DNA of 63,992 nucleotides, counting the filler, from Hausera hauseri (lineage: Eukaryota), in assembly GCA_046269625.1 (NCBI GenBank). It is 12 parts of 12 records of this genome, joined end to end, with 100 filler letters (N's around TTAATTAATTAA, not from the genome) between each part and the next. Parts side by side here need not be neighbours in the genome. Positions count along the whole stretch, not along the records: positions 23,751 to 30,096 come from JBJURY010110098.1; positions 30,197 to 37,717 come from JBJURY010009456.1; 10 more parts are not named here. The stretch is one strand, 5' to 3'. Under the pieces are notes generated by a model, which searched no databases, was not told the DNA's origin, and saw only the letters and a list, made by a program, of their open reading frames with translations. The translations under genes and the position numbers were made by a program. Positions 24,030 to 37,817 of the stretch are shown here, one piece after another; the first letter of the stretch is position 1; each line of letters starts with the position of its first letter.

Positions 24030-24830
24030 TCAGAATTTCGTGTAATCGGTAAAATAATTCGGCAAACCATCACTATTTGCGGAACGATCTAGTTTCCGTC
24101 GTTTACCGAAATCCAAAGCAATCGTAATGCCAATAATCAATCCGTCAACGAGTATGATGACGAGTGCCGATAGGAATAAATACGGATTAATACGATCGAA
24201 CAAAGTGTCATTCAACGCACTCATGCATCCACGTTGCTTAATAAAAACCGTTAATAAAACAACTAATGATTTTTCCAAACCAATTTACTTTGTTCAGTCC
24301 ACCGTTCCATGTACATAATTCAGTTGGCAATTTGGCGTAATTTGATGAATTAACTTTTCCACAACATTTGAACTAATAACTAACAGACAACGAATACTCA
24401 TAAAAACTTACTGTAAATTGTAAAATATCCATCGGCCGAACTAATTGTGATGAATGAAAATCCATTTTATCGGCAACAGAATTGTCAATAAAATTACTGA
24501 TACCAGGTAAAATCAAATAACTTCCACTAATCGTTAAAATCAAAACAAACATTTTGAACAACACAAAACCGCCAACAAAACTACGGCTCAATACCAATAA
24601 CGAATTATTTCGTTTCTTCAATACATCTAGTAAAAGTGATGAGAAGATTATCATAATTATACTCAAACCGAGTGTAACACCAAATGTTCCAAATAGGTAA
24701 CTTCGACTTAGCATGTGCTCAACCAATCTAACGGATATCAATACGTATAGTGAAAATCCCATGTGAATTCCTGCGATAAACAAATTAAAGACTGAATAGG
24801 CTATAATCCCTAGAATAGCAAAATTTCATT
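24030..24830 (-). CDS. Tetraspanin-family protein with two short introns (5' end possibly frameshifted)
   Basis: Three hydrophobic segments, then LQFT|FKCCG after splicing the GT-AG intron 24373-24411 (39 nt), K|QRGC after intron 24237-24288 (52 nt), then a fourth TM segment. Confidence 0.72.
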
Positions 24831-24869
24831 TTGAATGCGATTTTTATTGCTTTTTGATTATTGTATGAT

Positions 24870-25920
24870 TCCAAATGAGTTGATTGTAAACTACACTGTA
24901 GAGCAACCATACTAAAAACTGTTGGCCTATGTTTGGAAAAAACCGAATGTTTCGCTACTAAATCCGTAATCCAATCAACAATGCGTTGTTGCAATTGCCG
25001 ACAACGCTGAATGTTATTGTGCAAACGCAATTCGACGTACACATGCAGCCATGCAATACCGAAATAGGAAATTCCATTTTGCTCATTTATAATATTGCTC
25101 GATGTTAGCAATTCCAATACCGACTCATCAAGTAATGTGACGAAGAATTCCTTCGAGATTGATTCGTGTTGCGGGAAATGGATTGTAAAACGTGCATGCA
25201 TAATCATAGAGAAAAATCATGTGAATAATTTGATCGAAATTCGAACTGGTAATCGTTGAATGACTTACTGAATTCGACGTCAACATTGCCAACTGATTAC
25301 AAGCGTGCCCGGACGTCGAGTTGATTTTAACAGCCCAATCATAATAAAATTTTGCCTGCTTTGTTAAATTCTGATATCAAAATAAATCTCCCAAATGAAC
25401 ATAACAATGTTGTAAAATATATCGCAAATCTGTTTCCGACACGTGAGAACCTTTGACACTCTCTTGTCGAATTAAAGTATTGTTCTTTGAAAAATGCTTT
25501 GGACATGGCAATTGAATATCGTAAAGCAGACTTAAAATAGCGATAAATTTTGAGTAGAAATCAACAGCTTCGTCAAGAAAAATAGAATGTTCCACTTGGG
25601 CAGATGAGGCTTCAGCTTTATCTTTACTTTTAATTTTGGTTTGCAATTCTGATATTGACTTTTTAAATAAATTGACCACATATCTTGTTCAATTTTATGA
25701 GTAATGATGTCCCTCAAGCTGTACAGATTTAAGGTAAAATAAGATTCTTCCAATTCTTGTCGAATTATAACTTTTTTGCAATTATCCGAAGTTGCAATGT
25801 ACCGCGCCAAAATCGTATTTGTTTTCTCCAGATGTGACAAAATCCGTATTATCTGACCGAGAAGTATTAGTTCCTTTAGGGATTTCCAAAAGCCCTCTTG
25901 GTAATTTGTTCATCGTCATG
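24870..25920 (-). pseudogene. SMG7: SMG7/EST1-family nonsense-mediated decay factor, N-terminal domain, disrupted
   Basis: RQELEESY...KIEQDMW; QHCYVHLGDLF*YQN...AKFYY..A...GHACNQLAML; IFLY...PFPATRINL. In-frame TGA at the conserved Arg and at least two frameshifts. Confidence 0.8.
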
Positions 25921-26042
25921 CCCTGAAAACTCGAATTATTTGTATTTTAGCTAAAAGTCATGAGTAATTAAGAAATCCAATAAAGCGCAATATCCATATT
26001 CAGAAAACATTTTCTTCGGCAGCAACTAACGATTAACGCACC

Positions 26043-26167
26043 TGCAACGGTATTGAATTCTTAAGGTGGGGAGTCGAATCCGACTATTGATCCGACGCGG
26101 CGAAAACGGACGCCTGGCCGTTTCCGACCAAATGGGCCAAAGGGCACTGGACGCTGTGGGCACCACA
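26043..26167 (-). repeat. Short 3' LTR (~125 bp)
   Basis: TGTGGTG...CCGTTGCA immediately after the PPT; homologous to 34363-34494 and 49700-49828. Confidence 0.65.
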
Positions 26168-29100
26168 TCACCCCCCGCGGAAAAGCGAAAACTATAAAGA
26201 GTAAAAGAGACAGAGGAAAAAAATTGCCAAACGAAAAAGTGTCTGTCAGTTGGTCTTAGTGTGAACAAGGCGTTGGGTGCCTTCTACTGATTTTTCCCAG
26301 CTATGCTTGCTAAATGTGACTGCATGTTTTGTCTTTATGCAATGTGTTTGCTTGCAGAGTTTGAAGTTGGGGAAAAAATTGTCGGATTTTGTTGTGAGTG
26401 ATGTGTCGTGCAAAGATGAGTCAGAATAAAGAGGAGAAGAAGGTGAAGGAGGACGAGAGGTTGTTAGAGACAGACGGTTAAAGGTGTTCAAGAAAGTGTT
26501 AGAAGACGAAGGGATGACAAAAGGTGTAGTGGCGGAAGAAGGAGGTGAGATGAATATTGGAGTAGAAGTTGGAATTGTATTAGGAGAAAGAGTGGAAGTG
26601 GAAGGTGAAACAGAGGTAGTAGTTGATCGAGAAAGAGAGATAGAAATAGACGTAAAGAGAGGAGAAAGTTGCAAAGCGGAAATGAAGGGGGTAAGGGACG
26701 ATGTGTGAGGAGAAAGGGAGAAAGAACGCGCCGAAGATGAGGAAGGTGTGGAAGGAGAAAGAGAGAGAGGACGGTGAAGAGGGACAAAACAGAAGAGAGC
26801 AAGAAGATGGAGAAGGAGAAGGAAAGTAGTTGGAAAGTGGTTTGCAAGAGGTTGGAATGATGAAAGGGTTAGATGGAGAGATTGGTGAAGACGAAGTGGT
26901 GTTTGATGGAGGAGAAATCATTTTGTTATCAGGGGACGAAAGAGGTGTGAGAAGGCTTGAAGGTGCAAAATAGGAGGGGGAAAGAAGATGACCTGTCAGA
27001 AGAAATTGAAGTAGAAGTTTTGGGAGAAAAAGTAGGGGAAAGTGGGTTGAAGAATTGAGCAGAGATGGAGGGTGGATTGCTGAATTGCTGCGCGTCGTGT
27101 AAAGATGTTTGTGGAGAAGTAGTTTCGTTTGGAGACGTTTCGTCAATGAAGATAGCCGGCTTAGCGTTGTTGATGCGGACTGTTACTTCTTTGTCGTCCT
27201 TGAGAATAATGATGTTGTGAGAATGTAAACGAATTACTTTGTAAAGGCCGACATACTGAGGTTGAAAACCACATAGCGTCTGATTTTTTAGCCATACGAA
27301 CTTGGCAGTATATAAATCGTCGAGTATGTAAGGTTTATTTCCGTGTAATAGTCTACAAAATGAGTCTTTGTTGATCTCAATGAAATGTCTCTGTGCCGCT
27401 TGTATGGTTTTGTCTGTAGGAATATTGTCCAGCTTAGCCAGCTGGAACAATGATCTGATAGATGTGCTGAATAATGCACCTGCAAGTGAACAGCCTGTAG
27501 AAGTAGATGGTGTGTTCCTCCAGCCAAGCAAAACGTACGGAAGGAGTGTGATCCAACTGCGATTGGACTCAGCAAGGATTTTGAGAGACGTTTTCATCGT
27601 TCGGTGGAAGCGTTCGAGAAGGCCATTCGATTGAGGATTATATGGTGACGTGTGAATGTGGTTAATTCCCAACTGATTGACAAGAGCTTTAAGCACGTTG
27701 GATTCAAACTGTGGACCTTGGTCCGAAATAATGTGGCGAGGTGATCCAAACCTGCTGATCCAAGTGCGGATGAAAACATCTGCGATTGTTCCTGCGTTGG
27801 TGCTCCGAAGCGGGGCAGCATCTGGCTATCGCGAGGAACGGTCCGTCATTGTGAGGATGAACTGATGGCTGTTGTCTAGGGGTAATGGGCCTACAAGGTT
27901 AATGTGAACAAATTCAAAACGAGACTTTCAGGGCCAACGATATAGTGGTGGCTTTAAGTGCTTATTAACTTTGTATTTTTGGCATACCACACACTGCCTA
28001 ACCCATGCCTGCACGTCAGATCGCACCGACGGCCATTCTACTTGGCGTTGTAAGAGTCGAAAGTAGCCTTGGTACCGGGATGATGCAACAAATGGATGTT
28101 GTTGAATACTTCTATTTGAAGCGATTGAGAAAGGATGACTTTAGGATTATTAGGTTTGGAGGTGTCAAAGGCCACGCCGTCGATGGTTTTGCTCAATTTA
28201 AAAGATTTAAGGATGTCAATGGGTGGCTGGTTTTGTTAAAGTTTGGTTTGAGGGACAAAAAGTCAGATACTAAATTGTCGACTCCGTCTAGGTGCTTAAT
28301 TTCAAAATTAAATGTGGACAAATACGATATTTGCCTCTCCTGACGTGGAGAAGGAGATTTCATGGTGAGAATTTGGAGCAAGGGCTTGTGGTCCGTTTGT
28401 ATTGTGAAGGTTCATGCGGTTAGAAGATGCTTAAAGTGTTTTACGGCAAGGACCATTGCAAGCAACTCTCTGTCAAAGGTGGAATATCTTTGCTCTTGTG
28501 CCGTGAATTTTCGAGAAAAGAATTATAATGGCTCATGGGATCCATTTTTGACTTAATGGAGGATAGCACCTGCAGCTATTGTGGATGCATCCGTGGTTAA
28601 AAAGGAGTTCTGCATGGGAGTCAGGATAGGCCAGGATGTCCACGGTTTTTAGATTATCTTTGAGGTGATCGAAAGCGTTGACTAGCTTAGCGGTCCATTG
28701 AATAGTCTGCTTTTCTTGCCAGAGCTTAGTAATGCGAATGGAGCGGCTAGAGTGGAGCGGTGTGGAACATACTTATGAATAAAATGCAAGGTTCTGAGGA
28801 AATAACACATTTCTGTTGATGTACGTGGTAGTTGCATGTTTTGAGCTGTGAGGCGCTCTGGCTGAGGTGAGTGTCCGGACAAGCTAATAACGTGTCCTAG
28901 GAAGTTGACCTTATGATGAAAAAAAGAGCATTTGGAGAAATTAATTTGCAAATTGTTTTAGTGCAAGCGCTGGAATATTAAACGTAAGTGCTCGGAGTGA
29001 TGTTTCGAGGAACTGTATCAATATGCCTTTGGAAGGTCTGGGAAGCACTACGGAGTCCAAAAGGCATAAAAAGGTATTCGAAAAGGCCGAAATGTGTAAT

Positions 29101-30096
29101 GACAGCCGTTTTCGGAATGTCTGCTGGGGCCACCGGAATTTGATTGTATGTTTTGTGCAAATCAATACAGGAAAAATGATCGAACCATGGAACCTATAAA
29201 GGATATCGTTGATTAATGGTAGAGGGTAGGCATCAATTTTTTTTTATGATGTTGAGTTGGCGGTAATCACTCATGAGAGAAAGGTACCATCTTTTTTTGA
29301 AACTACATGTAGGGGTGAAGACCACGGGAATTTGGATCTTCTGATTATTCCTTATATTTCCAGTTCGAGAGACTCAGCCTCCACTGCGGGCGGACCTTTT
29401 GACGTATTGGTCTTTGATGTGCTGTTACTATGTGATGGAAGGTAGATTTAGGTGGTACAAATGATTTGTCCTTTTGCAACATACGTGTGCAGGAAGACGA
29501 AATACATTGCTGTAAATCAGAGGGCAACGATGAAAAGTTATCAGGCGATGTCGATGCATTGTGACTGGATGCAGTTGAGGTATGAGTTGTAGACAAGGTG
29601 TTGTGATAAGGTGGTATTTAGTGCAAGATGTTCGTGTTGAAGATGGTATTGGCTGCTGTACTGTCAGTAATAGGTGCCACGCAGTTGGCAACATCGTGTT
29701 TGTTGCCGTAATAAAAATTTCCATATAATGAATGATTATAAAAATAATTTAAATCGAAAGTTGTTTACTTTAGTATTGACTTGCTGGAAGTGATCGCCCG
29801 GGTGGTAACTGAAATGTTGCTAATTTAATTAAAATTATTTCCGCTCTTTAAGGAACATCGTTTGCAGTCTACAAGTAAATTGTAGTGGGACAGGAAGTCT
29901 GAACCCAATATAAGTGTGCGTACTTTGGCTGCTGTAAATTTCCAAGTGAATGTGTTTGGAAGATTTGGAAGTGTAAAAGTTAATTTAGTAACACCAAAAG
30001 TTTGTAAAGGTTCACCGGGCGCAGTGAACAGTTGCTTTTTTGAAGTGAAATTGTTTTGGATGTGCTGTGTTGGTGGTAATAAAGAGATTGCTGCGC
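26043..30096 (-). mobile_element. Ty3/Gypsy element, family A copy 1 (PR-RT-RH-IN, pyrimidine-rich tail, PPT, short 3' LTR)
   Basis: ILGSDFL; KTAVITHFGLFEYLFMPFGL; STFDRELLA; HTSPYNPQSNGLLERFHR. G-rich PPT at ~26171-26179. Confidence 0.93.
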
Positions 30097-30426
30097 NNNN
30101 NNNNNNNNNNNNNNNNNNNNNNNNNNNNNNNNNNNNNNNNTTAATTAATTAANNNNNNNNNNNNNNNNNNNNNNNNNNNNNNNNNNNNNNNNNNNNCGGA
30201 TACGGAGATGTATGTGGAGGAAAGTGTGGCTGGAGAAAAATGGTGGGATTCCGGTTATAGGTATGATAGCGCCGTTATGGGTGACAGAAAAATCGGAAGA
30301 ATTAAGTAAGGAAGAAATAAAGGTCCGAAGGGTGGCAATGTGTGGATATGATGTAGTGAGAGTGTAAATGTGTCATTTATGAAAAGAGAAATGGAGGGGG
30401 AAGGATTATTGCGCCTGGGGACGTGA

Positions 30427-30563
30427 TGTGAAGCCGACGCGAAAGGCGCCATGAGACCGACCGGCGCAGGGTTGAAGATTGGGACCTCCGCCCCGGCAAG
30501 GCGGGTACGAAAATGCAGGGGGACTCAGTTTCCCTCAAACAGCGCAATATCGGAATGTTATCT
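30427..30563 (+). repeat. Possible short LTR of a related Gypsy
   Basis: GGGGACGTGA|TGTGAAGCCGAC, GC-rich, about 135 bp; the start resembles the family A LTRs. Confidence 0.3.
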
Positions 30564-30734
30564 TCGTATTCCGTTTTTATTGACTTGCTATAGCTTACAT
30601 TCGATAAATATGTCCGCTTATTTAATTGCTGTTTCACGTTTTGTAGTGGTAATATTCGATTGTGAAACGACTGAAATGAGCGCATCGATTTCAATAGGCG
30701 TAATTTCAGATACTTCGGAGACTCGAATCTTCCA

Positions 30735-32870
30735 ACAGCCGCCCAATATGTACCAACAATTGGTACTGCAGAAAATATGGCTGCCATAATCGAAGGTATA
30801 ACAACAAAATTGACCCCACATAATGTATAAGTTAGGCTAGTACAGAAGCTATAGAAACAAGCCATTTTGAAAGTAACGGCGAACACGAACTAATACCATT
30901 TTCGATGCTAGAATAAATATTCTGCAAAGTTGGATTATCTTCAGAATTTGATGTAAGTGCCCCGATACAATCTAATGGCAGACAACGATCTTTGCTGTAT
31001 GCCAATAAACAGTAGAGAGCCGACTAAAAAATATCAGAGACAATGAAATTTAGTACAACAGTGCCACCACAAAAAATTTCTGATATTAATCCAGTAATAA
31101 TTGATAAAGCAATATTTATTGGGTTAACGAATAATTTCGGCATTAACGATAATGTAATATTTGCCGTATCGTTCTTAAGAACAATTCTTTGGAATACTTT
31201 CTCCCATAATTCCCATGCCTGTTCTTCAAGCCTTGCCTTGTTATATGCATTCGTATGAAACAACTGATCTCTTTTTCCTAATCCATTCTCGACCAATTAT
31301 ATACGCATTGCTTGCAATTGAATTAATAGAAAATGTGATGTTTCCTTTCAGATAACCAGCCGAACATGTCAGAAGACAAAGTACTATTTAAAACGTTTGT
31401 AGTTGAAGCAAAAAGATGAAGGCTTTCATTATGAACCTGGAATGCCAAAAATATAGTCAAAAACGTCGTCACAAATATAAGTGAGGTAATAACAATCGGG
31501 CTGAGCAAACTATCCAGGCATTTAATAAGCATCTTTCGGAGTTTTTTATCCAACCGGGCCACAACTCCGAATGATCCCCGAACAAACACGGGACAAAATA
31601 ACTGCCGGTGATCCTCTAAAATTTGAGAAAGCCTCTGTAATATTAAATTAATGATCCAGCAAAGATTAGGTACGTCCAATTTGAACAGGATTTTTTTTAA
31701 CCGGGACTACCAATATGGCTGTAATCCTAAGTAAAATAATCAAAAAATGAGGCCAGAAAGAAATGATAATGACTCCATAGAAGGCACATAAGTATTCTGT
31801 TAAGAAATGTTTTATTGTGTAATCTTATAGGTTTAAAAGGATTCGAACGTCGAAAACTACTGTGCGAAATACTTTCGTAACCTTTTTTAACTTCAGCTCT
31901 ATATGGAATAAAGAGATTTAAACACCGATCAATTGCATATTTAAAGATATTAATAATAAACGTAACCTTGGTAGACTTCTCATTAACATTCGGAGGTGTT
32001 TCCAAAGTAACTCCTCTATCAATAACGTCTTCAGTAGGTTTGTCTAGAATGTCTGGTTTCTCCACCTCTGACAGCGATGTAAATTCCATTGATCTTGCCG
32101 ATGAATCTAAAGTAGCTTTGGATTCCGGATATTCAGCCTCAGAAATTGTTTCTTCCTCTTGGTCTGATAAATGATTATGATCATACATATTGTTCTGTTA
32201 AGCTATCGATCGAAAACAACGTGACCAACGACGTGACAACAAAAGGAGTCAAACTTCCAGCGAAAGTAAATGAATAAATGATTAATAAAATCCAAATAAT
32301 AGATGAAAGAACTGTCAAAAAACGAAAACCAATATTTTTCAAAAATACGCTCATAATAAAAGGAGCAATGAACATTGTAATTATTATTACCGAAACTATC
32401 CTTGACCCGAACAAAGCAATAACATTCGACGCCGAAAAGTAAATAACGGACATTGTTGCTAATACATTAGATGTCATTTCTACATTGTAGATCGAATAAA
32501 CCAACGGGACTTCAATGATGTAGAATAAGAATAATTTGAATCGTTTGACAATAACGACTCAATTTTTTGCCAAATGTAAAATATGCTTTTATTGACAAGA
32601 AAATTATTGATAGTAACAGTGGTTGACTATTTGCTTCAATGTTATTGTCAAGCTGTGATTGGACAAACTTTTGTAAATACCTCTTGAATGGAAAAATACA
32701 TGTGCCAACAGGCAAAGTCCACATTAAGGGTTTTATGAATATTTCAAATAGAAAATAACCTGAAACTGCTGGAGCCCCAATACCGATAAGCATAATAATG
32801 GCAAGAGTTATAAACTGCGGCTTTAAGCAGCTTATTTTCTGATTCTTGCATGTTCATCATATTCCAAAAT
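30735..32870 (-). pseudogene. TMEM245: TMEM245-like membrane protein, fragmented
   Basis: KAAVYN...FEIFIKPLMWTLPVGTCIFPFK; FLAFQVHNESLHL; FAVTFKMACFY..TYTLCGVNFVVIPSIMAAIFSAVPIVGTYWAAV. Several frameshifts; C-terminus missing. Confidence 0.8.
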
Positions 32871-33693
32871 AGGGTAGAAAACCTTGGAAAATCTTGACAT
32901 GCTAAAGCTTTCTGATACCAATTGTAGTTCAGGATTGTAACCGAATGAGTGTGCCAGGACATTATCTATTTTGCTCTTTGTTGAAAGCAGTAGGTTTCTT
33001 TCTGGCGTCAAGTATTCCCAGTGAGATATTGAATTGAGTTTCACCGGAAAAATTCAAGAAAGGAATTTGATATACATATAGAACACAAATAAATCCGCTG
33101 ATGAGTCAACAGAATCAGTACTGAGTTAAAAAGAAACACTGATAATAAAAGAAATCTCAGAAAAATCAAGTTTCAATCAAAATGGTTGACAAATTCAAAA
33201 GGTGAATTTTCTAAAATGGAGGCAACAAATCGAAAATTGAATAAAGGCCAAAAGAAAATCTGTTTATTAAAACAAAGTCTAGTCACGCGTTCAATATTTT
33301 ATACAAAATTTAAAAAAACAATACTTCGAGATATTCCAAACTCAAGACCGTCAAATCCTGCAAGGTCGATAAACGCACACACACTAACACAAAACGATTA
33401 TAAGTTGTTTATAATAAGAGGACCGTTTGAATAAATACAGAACAGTGATGTAACGCAGTCAGTACTGCATTTGTTACTTGAATGCACACAAAAACTGAAT
33501 CAATTGCTCAATTGGCATACAGAAAATTGAATTCTGAATTACTTGTGTACATTCTGTTGATGATATAATCTTTGGCTGTTTCTTTAAAATTTACCGCAAT
33601 CATGCCTCTATTGTTTCCCATCACACATTTCTAGATTAACTGATACGGAATGTCATAATGACGATAAGTGAAAGCGTCAATGTCGCCATGCGA

Positions 33694-34195
33694 CTAATAA
33701 ATTCCCGTTTCGTACTTCTGTCTGGTAAATTTGTCAATTTGCTCTGCACTACTTTTAATGAATTTTTGATTAGTAAGTTTATAGTATTTGACGTGTTGTC
33801 TGTTGATTTCTGTTTTTTTGTCTGAATTTCCTTTTCGATTTAATTTCGTATCCAACCCATCATCTAAATCTCTGATCATTTTGACCGATACTTCTGAATT
33901 TTCATGACGTTTCAAAATACAGGAATTTTTCTTTGGACAGTGATAAAGATAACATTTATTCGTTTTGAAACTAATTATGATCAAAGAACATTTTTTTATT
34001 TCACAACATGTCATTTGGCATTCAATAAAATTATCAAAACGATCGAGAAATTCTGCTCCTTTCATCTTACTTGCTCTACTTTTCAGAATTAAATTTTTGT
34101 ATGTTTCAAATTCGTAAGAGTCGCAACTGTCTGATGAAATTTTACCAAATACATAGTTACTAATCAGTAAAACCAAAATAAATGGAAGATTCCAT
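33694..34195 (-). CDS. Secreted/membrane protein with a MANSC domain (possibly pseudogenised)
   Basis: Hydrophobic N-terminus, then S.MKGAEFL...CQMTCCEIKKCSL...CYLYHC..NSCIL cysteine spacing. Confidence 0.7.
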
Positions 34196-34362
34196 GAAAG
34201 TAATTAATTAGCTTGAAAAGAAAGACTTGTGGTTGACAAAATATGATACGAAATTTAATGTTGCTTTATTTAAACATTCCATCATTGTATGTTGCAAAAT
34301 ACTGAATTCTTTATTGCCACGCTTTTTCAGTTTTGTCAAATAATCTTGAACAAAGGTTAACT

Positions 34363-37300
34363 TGATACGGCCATATATCGTGATTTCGAGGCGGAAAATT
34401 AGGGCCTGCCTATGCGCCCGATGCGTCGGCAGCGGTAAACCCGACCGTGCCCAACCGAATGGGCCGGAGAGAGACAATTGACGCGGGCATTACATTACCC
34501 CCCGTGGCAAAGTTAAAGCTACAAAGAATAAAAGGTAGCGAAAAACCGCAAAACGGAAAGTGTTTGTGTTAGTTGAGCTTAGTGTGTATAAGTCGTTAAA
34601 TACCTTCGACTGATTTTTCCCTACTATACTGGCTGAATGTGACTCTGCGTGTTGTGTGTTTGTGCAGTTTGCTTGTTTGCAGAGATTGAGGTTGAGGAAA
34701 AATTGGTAGATTTTGGTGTAGGTGTTGTATCGTGCGAAGATGTGTCGGAATAAAGAGAAGAGAAAGACGAAGAAGAAAGAGGGATTGTTGAAGACGGATG
34801 TTTAAAGGCGTTGAAAAGACTGTTAGAAGACGAAGGAGTAATGACAGGTGTAGTGGTGGATAAATGAAGAGAAGAAAAAGTTGGAGTAGGGATTGGAATT
34901 GTGTTCAGTAAAAAAGTGGAAGAAGATGATGATACAGAGGTAGTAGCAGAGATAGGAAGAGTGGAAGGAATAGAAGGGGGGAGAGTAGCAAATGATGGAG
35001 TAAGACCAGGCGCGGAAGAGGAAATGGTGTAGCAATAGATGTAGTGATAGCAGGGAGTGGATGAGTAAGAAAAGAGTTTGACGTGTCGGTTGGCAGGGTG
35101 TCGTCGACAAAGAAAGCAGGCTTTAAGTTGGTGATGTGTACTGTGAAGTCTTTGCCGTCTTTAGAAATAATGGCGTTATGCGAGTGTAGCTGTATAAGTT
35201 TATAGGGCCCCAGGTACCGTGGCTGGAAAACGCAAGGAGCTTGATTCTTCAGCCATACGAATTTAGCCGTGTACAAATCTTCAGGTAAGTATGTTTTATC
35301 TTTGTGAAGTATCTTGCAGAACGAATCTTTACTGACCTCGACAAAGTGATTTGGCGCCGCCCGTATCGTTTCATCTGTGGGAGTGTCGTCTAAGGCGGTT
35401 AGTTAGAATAATGAGCGGACAGGAGCTCCAAATAATGCTTCAGTAGGTGAGCATCCTGTAGAAGTGGGAGGAGTGTTCCGCCAGCCAAGCAGAACGAACG
35501 AAAGAAGATTCGTCCAACTAGTGTTGGACTCTGCCAAAATTTTTATTGTCGTTTTCAGTGTACGGTGGAAGCGTTCTAGAAGGCCATTCGATTGGGGTTG
35601 TTAAGACGTAGTATGCATGTGATGGATCCCCAATCGGATAACAAGGGATTTGAGCAGGTTAAATTCCAACTGTGTACCGCGGTCCGTGATGATGAAGCGA
35701 GGTGATCAAAACCTGCTAATCCATGTGAGAATGAAAACGTCAGCTATTGTGTCTGTGTTAGTGCTCCGCAGAGGGATGGCTTCTTGCCATCAAGAGGAAC
35801 GGTCCATCATGGTGAGAATGAATTGATGACCGTTATCTGCAGGAAAAGGGCCAACAATGTCGATATGCACGGACTCGAAACGCGATATGCAAGGAAAGTG
35901 GAAAAGTGGTGGCTTTAAATGCTTAACTGTTTTGTATTTTTGGCATGCCATACACTCCTTAACCCATGCCTGAACATCAGAACGCATTGACGGCCATATT
36001 ACTTGTCGATGGAGTAGACGAAAAGTGGCTTTAGCACCAGGATGGTGTAATGAATGCACGTGGTGAAATGCTTGCCTTTGCAAAGATGGTACTAGGATTA
36101 TTACTGAATGGCCTGATTTGGAATTGTTTAAAGCCACGCCGTCAACGATTGTGCAAGATTTAGAAGACTTAAGCATGTTTTGAGGTGGCTGGTTCTGTTG
36201 AAGTTGGTTTTGCGTAAAAATCGGAGAAAAACTAATCGAACTAACCGACCTAAATAAAAAATCAGCAACTAAATTTTTAACTCCGTTAATATGTTTAATA
36301 TCGAAGTTAAATGTCGATAAGTATGATATTTGTCGTTCTTGGCGTGTGGAAGGGAGTTTCATGGCCACGATGTTAAGTAAAGGCTCGTGATCAGATTGTA
36401 GAGTGAAATGACGAGCAACGAGCAGGTGTGAGAAGTGCTTTAAAGCGAGAACGATTGCCAACAGTTCTCGATCAAACGTGGAATATCTGGTTTTAAGTGC
36501 TGTTAGCTTGCAAGAGAAAAATTCTAAAGGTTGGTTTTCTCCCTTGTATATCTGGTGCAGTACAGCACCTACTGAAATGGTTGACGCGTCTGTGGTGAGA
36601 ATGAACTCTGCATCAGGCTTGTGAAAGGCAGAAATATCAACGGTTCTGATTTGTTTGCGTAGCTTGTCAAATTTGTCAACCAATTCAGGTGTCCACTGGA
36701 TTGGCTGATGTTTTTTGCAGCCGCTTAGGTGTGCGAATGGTGCTGTCAATTCCGAGCAGTATGGGATGCATTTATGTACAAAGTGCAGTGTGCCAAGGAA
36801 GCTACGCATTTCGGTGGTCGTACGTGGCAATTGGATGTTTTTAAAAGCTTCGACTCGGTCTGATTGCGGGGAATGGCCGTCTGGTGTGATAACGTGGCCT
36901 AAAAAGTTAATGCGCTTTTGAAAAATTGGCATTTGTTGAAATTGACTTGGAGATTATGATGGTTGAGACGTTGAAATATTGCGCGAAGGTGTTCTTCATT
37001 TTGTTTGGCCGAAGATGAAACGACTAAAATATCGTCAATATAAGGATGTGAAAAGGGAAATCTGCAAGAATTGAATCGATATGCCGCTGAAAAGTTTGTG
37101 CGGCATTCCGCAAACCGAATGGCATAAATAGATATTCGTAGAGGCCAAAAGGAGTAGTTACTGCGGTTTTTTCAATGTCTTCGGGTGCCACCGGTATTTG
37201 GTGGTATGCTTTAGCTAAATCAGTGGTTGAATAGATGGTGGTTGATCTATGGTGATGCAAAATATCCTTGATGATTGGTAAAAGATATGCGTCCATGATA

Positions 37301-37717
37301 GTCAAGTTATTTGGCTGTCGGTAGTCACCGCATAGTCTAAAGTACCATCCTTTTTTGTACAACGTGTAACGGTGATGACCAAGGAAATTTGGAACGGCGT
37401 ACTATGCCGGAACGTTTGAGCTCAAGAAATTCGGCTTCTACGGCCTGTCTACGACGAGGTGACAGAGGCCGTACTTTTTGGCGTATTGGACGTTGGTGCT
37501 GTGTGACTATGTGGTGTAAAGTGCTGTTTGCGGGAGTAAAGGAACGGTCTTTTTTAAGTATACGTGGACATGATTGATGGATGAATTGCTGTAACGTTGT
37601 AGGTAGCTGTGAGAGATTCGTTGAAAGTGGTGGAACAGTTTGAGTGGTAGCGGATGCAATGTGTGAGTTGCTAGGTGATATGTAGTCAAGTGGAATTTGG
37701 TGCAAGATGGTTGAGTT
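34363..37717 (-). mobile_element. Ty3/Gypsy element, family A copy 2 (RT-RH-IN, PPT, LTR 34363-34494)
   Basis: RLCGDYR; DLAKAYHQI; TDAS..GAVL; DRELLA; H..H...C..C; VHIDIVGP. LTR TGTAATG...CCGTATCA. Confidence 0.93.
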
Positions 37718-37817
37718 NNNNNNNNNNNNNNNNNNNNNNNNNNNNNNNNNNNNNNNNNNNNTTAATTAATTAANNNNNNNNNNNNNNNNNNNNNNNNNNN
37801 NNNNNNNNNNNNNNNNN

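Noticed and set aside
25370-25385. TGA read-through or an alternative genetic code
   Set aside because: In-frame TGAs replace different residues (Arg here, Trp in the integrase RWPEA motif at ~48020) and co-occur with frameshifts, which fits mutational decay.
26484-26850. Glu/Val-rich and Leu/Phe-rich ORFs over the Gypsy purine/pyrimidine tract, or an env-like TM tail
   Set aside because: These are low-complexity frame artefacts. The hydrophobic frame is not consistently conserved between the three copies.
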